Origin: Limisphaerales bacterium | GTDB taxonomy: Bacteria > Verrucomicrobiota > Verrucomicrobiia > Limisphaerales > CAIMTB01 | Assembly (NCBI GenBank): GCA_050250555.1 | Contig: JBFWOK010000007.1 | Span: forward strand, 6,807 to 70,806 | DNA length: 64,000 nt | Direction of reading: 5' to 3' | Shown here: one piece after another, positions 53,913-62,261 of the stretch | Layout of the letters: each line of letters opens with the position of its first letter | Numbering within the stretch: position 1 is the stretch's first letter | Notes under the pieces: generated by a model | What the model saw: the letters and a program-made list of their open reading frames with translations, nothing else | Database searches by the model: none | Told to the model about the DNA's origin: nothing | Made by a program: the position numbers and the translations under genes

Positions 53913-56900
53913 CTACTTGACCGTCCGATAGAACTTCGGCGAGGCGTTCGCCGGAGTCGTGTAGGTGTTTCCCGTGGGAGCCGGAGTCACGTCCGCCCAG
54001 GCGGCGCCGGCACCCAGCGCCGACGACTGCTGAAGCCGACCAGTGCCCACCCAGGTCACCACGACATTCCCGCCCTGGGCACGTGCCGTCAGTTCGTCCG
54101 GAACCGAGAGGTCCTCGCCACCCAGGATTCGGGCGTTGTCGAACTTGCCGATCACGACATTCCCCGTCTCATCCACATACGAGGCGAAGCCGAAGGTCAG
54201 GCCCGTGGAATACGGGAACGGGACCTCCGCTCCGAAAATGTCGTCCAGGTAGAGTTTCAGCGTGGCGCCATTCGCAACCACTTTCATCCGGTGCTTGCCG
54301 CGATCATTGAAGGCGGCGGGATCGAACGCGCCGATGTTGACGCCGACGCCGACCGCATCGTCGTCGGGAGCTCCCGTCACCTTGTTGTAGCGCCAGCCGT
54401 AATTCCGGCCGTCGTGGGCGAGGTATTCCGAGAAGAAGACGAAGTTCCCGGAGGGTTCCTTGACCCAGATTCCCGTCCGTTGCTCGGCGCCGGTGCCCGT
54501 GGTGAGCACGAAGCCGATCGACACGCGATCGATTTCGAACGTCGTCGGCGTGGTGGCGGCGGCCGAGTAAGTGTCCTTCGAGAGCAGGGCGTAGCCGGCC
54601 CAGAGCGACAATTCGGCGGTCACGTTGAACTCAGCCACGCCGCCGGCCACCGTGACGGCGGACTCGGCCGTGGGCAGTCCCGTGTCGAAGGGGGTCTCGT
54701 CCAGCACCCATTTGTTGGCATCCACGGAGGTACCCGAGAAGTCGTCGGTGAGCAGAACCTGCGGAACCGCCACGACGTCCACGACCAGCGTTCCGCCGAC
54801 GCACGCCGTGGGGGTCGATGCGACTTCGAACACTGCGGAGCCCTTGCCCACCGGGGTGATGTTGAACGTCTGGGAATTGGGGGCGCCCGCCGCGAAATTC
54901 AGGGTCAACACTCCGTTGACGGCTCCCGCCGGAATCGCCACCCCGGGTGTCCGGCTGGTCACCGTCACCGTGACCGGCACCGTGTCGTTCAACAACTGCG
55001 GGATCGTCACCGTCGCCTGCCGGCCGCTGTCACGCACGGTCATGCTGACGGCGGACGGCGAAATGGTGACACACGGCAGCAGATTCTCGACCCGGACATT
55101 GTCGAACCGTCCGACAACCGTGTCGCCCGCGGCCCGGGCGTAGACCCCGAGTTCGACGTGCAGACCGGTGCTGGCCTCGAGGGCGAAGACCCCACCGGAG
55201 CGGCCGTCGAGGAAAACCTCCACGGTCTGACCATTGGCGACGAGCTTCATGCGATGGGAACCCACGTCCTGATCCAGGTCGTCAAAGGCCGCGAGATTCA
55301 CGCCTGCGCCGACGTCGCCGGCATTCACCTGCCACCCGTTCTCCAGGAAATTGTGACCGAAGAAGAGGTAGCGCGACCGATCCGCGGTCGTGATGTAGAC
55401 CCCGGTCCGTCCCGCGGTGCCGCTCAGATCAATCGACGCACGATCCACCTCGACCACGAGGTTCAGGTCCCGGGTGGCCACGAAGCTATTCACCGATTTC
55501 GCCGACGCGCCCGGCCAGAAGTCGCCGTCCGCGGAGCCCGAGATCTCCAGCGCGCCTCCCGTTTGGGCCACCGTGAACGCCCCGGTGCCCGTCGGTTCGA
55601 AACCCTGCGTCGAAGCCTGCCACTTGGTCGCATCCAGACTACCGCCCGCGAAACTGTCCTCGAGCAGCAAGGCCGGACCGGAAATCACCGCGACGTTGAG
55701 CCGGTTCCCTCCGGCGATGTCGCCTTCCAGGCTGAATTGGGTGCCGCCGAGCGCCACACCCCGGGCTCGGAAGGTCTGCGTGTTGGGTCCCCCCGCAGGG
55801 AAAGTCAAAGCCAGCGAGCTTCCCGTTCCGCCGTCCGGCAGCGCGATGCTTGGAGCCGCGCTCACGACACGAACCGTGATGTCCCGTTGGGAATTGAAGC
55901 CTTGCGGAATCCGCACCGTGATGGGCGGACCAACCGTCCCCACCCGCACGCTCACGTCGGAGGACACGAATGTCGCTGATCCCGTCGATTCAATCCGCAG
56001 GTTGTCCCAAGTCGTGTCCGCGGTGTCGTTGTTGGCCCGCGCATAGCTGCCGAATTGGAACACCACCGGCGAGAACGGGAATTTCACTTCCGGGCCGGGA
56101 ATGCCGTCCAGAAACAGCTTCACGGTCTTTCCGTCCGCCACCATTCGCATCTGGTGCAATCCCCCGTCGTCGAACGTCGGCCCGTCGAAAGCCGTGATGA
56201 TGGTCCCGCCCCCGGTGGGAGCGTCGCCGTCCTCACCGATCTTCCGGTTGTAGCGCCAGCCTTCTTCGCCCCGGACGTCCGCGAACAGCACATAATTCGC
56301 CTGGGTCTCGTCGAGAATCCACAGGGCGCTCCGCGACGCGGTCCCCACCCCTGCCTCCGCGACGCGGTCGATCGTGAGAGTCACCGTCTCGGACTCGGAA
56401 GGCGCGAAGGTCGGCACAATCCTCAAAGTGCCGCCCGACCACCATTGCTGGGTCGTTGTTCCCACGAACCGCATGACCCCGTTACCCGCCTCGGCGTGGA
56501 TGTCGCCTACCCCGCCCTCGAAGAATGGCGCGTCGGGAGCGTATCGGGCCGGGTCGATCGTGTTGGATGAAAAATCATCCTCGAAGAGAGCCGGCGGCGG
56601 CCCCGTCACGATCGTCTCCACCTTGATGTTGTCCCAGGTGGTGTCGGCCGTGTCGTTGTTGGCCCGCGCGTAGCTCCCGAAATGCAGCACCACCTTGGAA
56701 AACGGAAACTTGACCTCGGCCCCGACAACACCGTCCAAGAGCAGCTTCACTGTCTTCCCATCCGCGATCAGTCCCATCTTATGAAAACCGCCGTCGTCGT
56801 AGCTCTCCCCATCGAATGCCGTGATGATGGTGCCGCCGCCCGTCGGAGCGTCGCCGTCCTCGCCGATCTTTCGGTTGTACCGCCACCCTTCCTCGCCCCG

Positions 56901-57935
56901 GACATCCGCGAACAGGATGTACTTGGTCTGCGTCTCGTCGAGGATCCACAACGCGCTCCGCGACGCGGTTCCAACTCCCGCCTCGGCCACCCGATCAATC
57001 GACACCACCACCGGCGTCTGCTCCGTCGCGTTGAACGTCGGCACCACCCGCAGCGTGCCGCCCGACCACCATTGCTGGCTCGTCGTTCCCACAAACTTCA
57101 TGACGCCATTCCCGATCTCCGCATGGATGTCACCGACTCCGCCTTCGAAGAACGGCGCGTCCGGCTGAAACTTCGCCGGATCAATCGTGCTTCCCGAGAA
57201 ATCATCGGAGAACACCACGCTCAACTGGGGCACGGTCTCGATCTTCAGATTGTCCCAGGTCGTGTCGGCCGTGTCGTTGTTCGCCCGCGCATAGCTCCCG
57301 AAATGAATCACCACCTTCGAAAACGGGAACTTCACCTCCGCCCCGACGATGCCGTCCAGCATGAGCTTCACCGTCTTTCCGTTCGCCACCATCTGCATGC
57401 GATGCAGGCCGCCATCGTCGAAGGACGCACCGTCAAAAGCCGTCATGATCGTCCCTCCACCCGTGGGCGCGTCGCCGTCCTCGCCGATCTTCCGGTTGTA
57501 CCGCCAGCCTTCCTCGCCCCGGACATCCGCGAACAGGACGTACTTGGTTTGAGTCTCGTCGAGGATCCACAACGCGCTCCGCGACGCGGTGCCCACCCCC
57601 GCCTCCGCCACACGATCCACGGAAACCGTCAACGGCGATTCCTCGGTCGCGTTGAACGTCGGAACCACCCTCAGCGTCCCGCCCGCCCACCATTGCTGGC
57701 TCGTCGTTCCCACAAAGCGCATCACACCGCCGCCCGCCTCCGCGTGGATGTCGCCCACCCCACCCTCGAAGAAAGGCGCGTCGGCCTGATACTTCGCCGG
57801 ATCGATCGTGTTCGATGAGAAGTCATCCTCGAAGACGACCTGCGTGAATTGGGCCTGGGCGGAACGGATGGAGCCCAGCGTCAAAGCCATGACCATGACG
57901 GCCATGGCTCCTCCGAATCGGCGGAAGGTGCTCAT
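53913..57935 (-). CDS. secreted protein with five LamG/concanavalin-like units and two small Ig-like inserts (1,340 aa)
   Basis: Signal peptide ...SIRSAQA-QF. Three ~207-aa units are nearly identical, two are divergent. Each unit starts (F/L)xDDFS and ends xFDN(L/V/A)(K/R)(I/V). The fold call is a judgement from pattern only. Confidence 0.85.
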   Translation of the reverse strand: MSTFRRFGGAMAVMVMALTLGSIRSAQAQFTQVVFEDDFSSNTIDPAKYQADAPFFEGGVGDIHAEAGGGVMRFVGTTSQQWWAGGTLRVVPTFNATEESPLTVSVDRVAEAGVGTASRSALWILDETQTKYVLFADVRGEEGWRYNRKIGEDGDAPTGGGTIMTAFDGASFDDGGLHRMQMVANGKTVKLMLDGIVGAEVKFPFSKVVIHFGSYARANNDTADTTWDNLKIETVPQLSVVFSDDFSGSTIDPAKFQPDAPFFEGGVGDIHAEIGNGVMKFVGTTSQQWWSGGTLRVVPTFNATEQTPVVVSIDRVAEAGVGTASRSALWILDETQTKYILFADVRGEEGWRYNRKIGEDGDAPTGGGTIITAFDGESYDDGGFHKMGLIADGKTVKLLLDGVVGAEVKFPFSKVVLHFGSYARANNDTADTTWDNIKVETIVTGPPPALFEDDFSSNTIDPARYAPDAPFFEGGVGDIHAEAGNGVMRFVGTTTQQWWSGGTLRIVPTFAPSESETVTLTIDRVAEAGVGTASRSALWILDETQANYVLFADVRGEEGWRYNRKIGEDGDAPTGGGTIITAFDGPTFDDGGLHQMRMVADGKTVKLFLDGIPGPEVKFPFSPVVFQFGSYARANNDTADTTWDNLRIESTGSATFVSSDVSVRVGTVGPPITVRIPQGFNSQRDITVRVVSAAPSIALPDGGTGSSLALTFPAGGPNTQTFRARGVALGGTQFSLEGDIAGGNRLNVAVISGPALLLEDSFAGGSLDATKWQASTQGFEPTGTGAFTVAQTGGALEISGSADGDFWPGASAKSVNSFVATRDLNLVVEVDRASIDLSGTAGRTGVYITTADRSRYLFFGHNFLENGWQVNAGDVGAGVNLAAFDDLDQDVGSHRMKLVANGQTVEVFLDGRSGGVFALEASTGLHVELGVYARAAGDTVVGRFDNVRVENLLPCVTISPSAVSMTVRDSGRQATVTIPQLLNDTVPVTVTVTSRTPGVAIPAGAVNGVLTLNFAAGAPNSQTFNITPVGKGSAVFEVASTPTACVGGTLVVDVVAVPQVLLTDDFSGTSVDANKWVLDETPFDTGLPTAESAVTVAGGVAEFNVTAELSLWAGYALLSKDTYSAAATTPTTFEIDRVSIGFVLTTGTGAEQRTGIWVKEPSGNFVFFSEYLAHDGRNYGWRYNKVTGAPDDDAVGVGVNIGAFDPAAFNDRGKHRMKVVANGATLKLYLDDIFGAEVPFPYSTGLTFGFASYVDETGNVVIGKFDNARILGGEDLSVPDELTARAQGGNVVVTWVGTGRLQQSSALGAGAAWADVTPAPTGNTYTTPANASPKFYRTVK
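55970..57839 (-). repeat. three tandem 621-627-bp intragenic repeats (~85% identical by eye)
   Basis: The marker CGCGAACAG recurs at 56280, 56907 and 57528 within long alignable stretches. The peptide DRVAEAGVGTASRSALWILDETQ occurs three times. Confidence 0.85.
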
Positions 57936-58345
57936 AGGAGTGTGGGGAACGGCAAGGGCCTACAGAACACCTTCCCTTGGGTCAAAAAAAAACCGCGTTT
58001 TTTTGATAAAACCGCTCACCCCATTTCGCCATCGCCGCATTCGGTTGCTCGACGTTTCCGGTGCCTCATCTGACAAACCCAACACGCCCGTGGCGGCGGG
58101 TCGCTCCCGGCGGAACCGAGCCGGGCAACGACGGAGGCAACCCGACAGGCGCGCCGGGGAATCGTTTTCACGGGATTGGGGATTCCAAGGCGTTGGCCTC
58201 GACCCATCCACCCAGATCATCGTGGAAGCGCGCATTCCGCCCTAACCGCTCTCGACAGAACTCGCCGCCGCTTCCCAAGCTCCCGGCCACGAACCCGGCC
58301 GCACGTCATTCTCCAGGATCCCAGGGATCTTCGCAGGGTCCCTGG

Positions 58346-61300
58346 ATGGCTTTCGCCCTCGTCGGCGCGTTGGCGCTCAACCTGGCGCCCGGTCCGCTCC
58401 ATGCCCTGGAATGGTCGCCCCTCACCGGACATCGCCAAGCGCCCATCGCACCCCCGGGAAACGAAAGCCCAGGCTTCACAACCCTTCCCCCCGCCGCCAC
58501 CGGCATCACCTTCACGAACGCCCTCGACGAGGAACGGTCCCTGACCAACCAGATCCTCCTGAACGGTTCCGGCGTCGCCCTTGGCGACGTCGATGGCGAC
58601 GGTCGCGCGGACATCTATCTTGCAGCCCTCGATCGTCCCAACGCGCTTTATCGGAATCTTGGGAACTGGCGATTCCAGGACATCACCACCGCGTCGGGAG
58701 CAGCCTGCGCCGACCAGGCCTCCACCGGCGTGGCCTTGGTCGATATCGATGGGGATCGTGACCTCGACCTCCTCGTCAACGGCTTCGCGCGCGGGACCCG
58801 GCTCTTCCTCAACGACGGGCGCGGACGGTTCAGCGAAGCCACCGAGGCGTGGGGCCTGCGATCGACGTCCGGCGCCACATCGTTCGCGGTCGCCGACGTC
58901 GACGGCGACGGCGCGCTCGATCTCTACGTCGTCAACTACCGCAATGACACCCTACGGGACCTGCCGGGAATTCAGTTCACTGTCGGCGCCACCAACGGCA
59001 TCCGCCAGATCCTGACCATCAACGGACAATCCGCCGCCGACCCGAAATGGATGGGGCGATTCTCCCTCGAACCCGGCGGCGGGATCCTCGAAAACGGCGA
59101 GCCCGACGCCTTCCACCGGAACACCGGCCAGGGACGATTCGTCCTCCAGCCGTGGGGCGTCAGCCCGGTCTTCCTGGACGACCGCGAGCAACCCGTCCCG
59201 GCCCCGTACGATTGGGGATTGTCCGCGATTTTCAGGGACCTCAACGGGGACGGCGCACCCGACCTCTATGTCTGCAATGATTTCCAGTCTCCCGACCGCG
59301 TCTGGATCCACGCGGGCTCGGGCCGATTCCTTCCCATCCTCGGTAATTCGATCCGCCAGACGAGTCTCTTCTCCATGGGGGTCGACGTCGCGGACATCGA
59401 CCGGGACGGGCTCGACGACATTTTCGTGGCGGACATGCTGAGCCCGGATCACCGGCTCCGTCAGGTCCAGGTGATGGACGCGACCGCGTTTTCGCAGATT
59501 CGGGACATCACAAGCCGCCGACCCCAGTCTTCCCGGAACACGCTCTTCCTGAATCGCGGCGACGGCGGCTATTCGGAGATCGCGCAAATGGCGGGGATCG
59601 ACGCCTCCGACTGGTCCTGGTGTCCCGCCTTTCTGGACGTGGACCTCGACGGGTTCGAGGACCTCCTCGTCACCACCGGCCACTGGCGCGACGCCCAGCA
59701 CGCCGACGTCGCCCGCGAACTGAACGCCGAGACCACGAGCCGACGGCTCCCCGCGCTTGAACAGCTTCGCCTCCGCCGTCGTTTTCCACGCCTCGACACG
59801 CCCAACGCGGCGTTCCGCAACCTCGGTGACCGGACCTTCGCGGAGGCCGGTTCGACCTGGGGATTCGATTCGCGCCGAATCTCGCAGGGCATGGCCCTCG
59901 CCGACCTCGACGACGACGGCGACCTCGACGTGGTCGTCAACTGCCTCAATGACGGCCCGCTCGTCCTGCGCAACAACAGCGCCGCGCCCCGGATCCGCGT
60001 CCGACTGCGCGGCAAGGCTCCCAACACCCAGGGCGTCGGCGCGCGCCTTCGCGTCCGGGCGCCCGGCCTTCCCGATCAGACCCAGGAGATCGTCCTCGGC
60101 GGACGCTACCTTTCATCGGACGACACGACCCGTTCGTTCGCGGCGGGACAGGCCTCGCACCGACTCGAAATCGAAGTCCGTTGGCGGGACGGTTCGCGGT
60201 CGATCGTGACCAACGCCCCCGCCAATCACGGCTTCGAAATCGCCCAGGAAACCGCGCAGGTCTCGCCAACGCCCCCCGAACACGAAAGGAAAACGGAAGC
60301 ACTCCGCGAACCGGCCTTCGACGACATCAGCCACCTGCTCGGGCACGAACACTCGGCGGTGGACGTTGACGACTTCGCCATGCAGCCGCTCCTGCCCCAC
60401 CGCCTCAGCCACGCGGGTCCCGGTGTCGCCTGGTTCGACTTCAACGGCGACGGTTGGGAAGACCTGATCCTCGGCGCCGGCCAGGGCGCCCGCATGGCGG
60501 TGTTCCGGAACAACGCCCAGGGTGGCTTCATCCCTCAGCGCGCCCGAATCCTCGAAGCCACCGCCGACCACGATCAGCTCGGCGTGCTCGGCGCTCGGAC
60601 CACCGGCGACCTGACACTCCTTCTCTCGCGCGATGGCTCGACAGCCGGGTCGAACCCCACCCCACCCCTGCAAAGGATCTCCCTCGTGTCGGGCGTCACC
60701 GACACCGGCCTCCTGACAAGTCCCGGCAGCGCGGGTCCGCTGGCGCTGGCCGATGTCGATGGCGACGGGGATCTCGATTTGTTCGTCGGAGGCCGTCCCT
60801 TGCCGGGTCGCTATCCCGAAGCCACTCCTTCCTTTCTCCTCCGCGCCGAAAACAACCCCGACCCCAACCCCAACCCCAACCGCCTCGGGAATCCCGTTCC
60901 CATCGTCCCGTCCGGATCGACCCCGCTCGGCATCGTCCATGGCGCGGTGTTCACCGACCTCGATTCCGATGGCGCGCCGGAACTTGTCGTCGCCGGCCCG
61001 TGGAGTCCGCTTCGGATTCTTCGATTCCATCCCGCCCCGCTATCGGAGCTGGATCCCGCTCTCCGATGGGCCGACGCCGGCTCCACGGGGAAACGGAAAC
61101 GACCGGAGCGCCTGAGTGAATTGACCGGGTGGTGGAACTCGGTCGCGGCCGGTGACTTCGACGGGGACGGCCGCATGGACCTGATCGCCGGCAACTGGGG
61201 ACGGAACACCGCCCAGGAGAGGTACCTGGACCAACCGCTCCGACTGCGATGGGGCGAATCCGGCGAGGGTGCCCCGCACCGACTGCTCGAAACCCAGGTC

Positions 61301-62137
61301 GATCCGCGGTCCGGACTGGAAATCCCGGTCCGCAACCGGACCGCCATGGCCCAAGGGTACCCCGGGATTCCCAGCCGGTTCCCAACCTTCGCCGGTTGGG
61401 CCGTCGCGCCGATGGAGCAAATCCTCGAAGCCACGGGCCCTCTTCCCAACGTTCTGACCGCCGCGATTCTGGACTCGGTGGTCCTCCTCCAGCGGGATGA
61501 TGGCGCGTTCGAGGTCCACCCCCTGCCCTGGCAGGCGCAGACGGCCCCCGTTTTCGGAATCGCGGTGGGAGATCTCGATGGCGACGGACGGGAGGATGCG
61601 TTCCTGGCGCAGAATTTCTTTGGACTGCCGACCGGGGAAAGCCGCCTCGATGCCGGAACTGGTGTGTGGCTTCGCGGCGACGGGCGCGGGGGCTTTCAGC
61701 CGGTTTCGCCCAGCGAGGCTGGCATCCGGGTCCTGGGAGAAGGCCGAGCCGCCGCCCTGGCCGACTTCGATCACGACGGCCGGGTGGATCTGGTGGTCAC
61801 CCAGAATCGCGGACTCACCCAACTCTTCAGGAACACGGGTGCCCGACCAGGCCTTCGAGTCCGACTCAAGGGGACTTCCAACAACCCATCCGCCATCGGA
61901 GCCGTCCTCCGACTCGAAGAGTCCGACGGACGCCTCGGACCCGCGCGGGAAATCCGTGCGGGCTCAGGGTACTTGTCCCAGGACGCCCCCACCCAGGTCC
62001 TGGGCAGCCCCGGCGGGATTGGCACCGAACCGAAGCAACCGGTGGCGCTCCACATCCGGTGGCCCGGCGGGCGCGCCGAACGGGTTCCCATTCCGCCAGG
62101 AACGCAATTCGTGGAACCCGAAGCGCCGCGCCGTTGA
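58346..62137 (+). CDS. FG-GAP/VCBS-repeat protein with two ASPIC/UnbV domains (CRTAC1 family), 1,263 aa
   Basis: ATG at 58346 (MAFALVGALALNLAPGPLHA). Many DxDGDGxxD loops. The ASPIC-like segments are IRVRLRGKAPNTQGVGARLRV...GGRYLSSDD and LRVRLKGTSNNPSAIGAVLRL...GSGYLSQDA. Confidence 0.85.
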   Translation: MAFALVGALALNLAPGPLHALEWSPLTGHRQAPIAPPGNESPGFTTLPPAATGITFTNALDEERSLTNQILLNGSGVALGDVDGDGRADIYLAALDRPNALYRNLGNWRFQDITTASGAACADQASTGVALVDIDGDRDLDLLVNGFARGTRLFLNDGRGRFSEATEAWGLRSTSGATSFAVADVDGDGALDLYVVNYRNDTLRDLPGIQFTVGATNGIRQILTINGQSAADPKWMGRFSLEPGGGILENGEPDAFHRNTGQGRFVLQPWGVSPVFLDDREQPVPAPYDWGLSAIFRDLNGDGAPDLYVCNDFQSPDRVWIHAGSGRFLPILGNSIRQTSLFSMGVDVADIDRDGLDDIFVADMLSPDHRLRQVQVMDATAFSQIRDITSRRPQSSRNTLFLNRGDGGYSEIAQMAGIDASDWSWCPAFLDVDLDGFEDLLVTTGHWRDAQHADVARELNAETTSRRLPALEQLRLRRRFPRLDTPNAAFRNLGDRTFAEAGSTWGFDSRRISQGMALADLDDDGDLDVVVNCLNDGPLVLRNNSAAPRIRVRLRGKAPNTQGVGARLRVRAPGLPDQTQEIVLGGRYLSSDDTTRSFAAGQASHRLEIEVRWRDGSRSIVTNAPANHGFEIAQETAQVSPTPPEHERKTEALREPAFDDISHLLGHEHSAVDVDDFAMQPLLPHRLSHAGPGVAWFDFNGDGWEDLILGAGQGARMAVFRNNAQGGFIPQRARILEATADHDQLGVLGARTTGDLTLLLSRDGSTAGSNPTPPLQRISLVSGVTDTGLLTSPGSAGPLALADVDGDGDLDLFVGGRPLPGRYPEATPSFLLRAENNPDPNPNPNRLGNPVPIVPSGSTPLGIVHGAVFTDLDSDGAPELVVAGPWSPLRILRFHPAPLSELDPALRWADAGSTGKRKRPERLSELTGWWNSVAAGDFDGDGRMDLIAGNWGRNTAQERYLDQPLRLRWGESGEGAPHRLLETQVDPRSGLEIPVRNRTAMAQGYPGIPSRFPTFAGWAVAPMEQILEATGPLPNVLTAAILDSVVLLQRDDGAFEVHPLPWQAQTAPVFGIAVGDLDGDGREDAFLAQNFFGLPTGESRLDAGTGVWLRGDGRGGFQPVSPSEAGIRVLGEGRAAALADFDHDGRVDLVVTQNRGLTQLFRNTGARPGLRVRLKGTSNNPSAIGAVLRLEESDGRLGPAREIRAGSGYLSQDAPTQVLGSPGGIGTEPKQPVALHIRWPGGRAERVPIPPGTQFVEPEAPRR

Positions 62138-62261
62138 CGCTCCGAAAGGCGTGCCAGCCACCGGCGTCTCGAAGCCGGTATTTCGTTTGAGCGCCCAACC
62201 AACAGGAGTATGGTCCCCGCTCGTTTGCGCCGCGCAACCGTCGCGACGGCCGAGACCCTCT

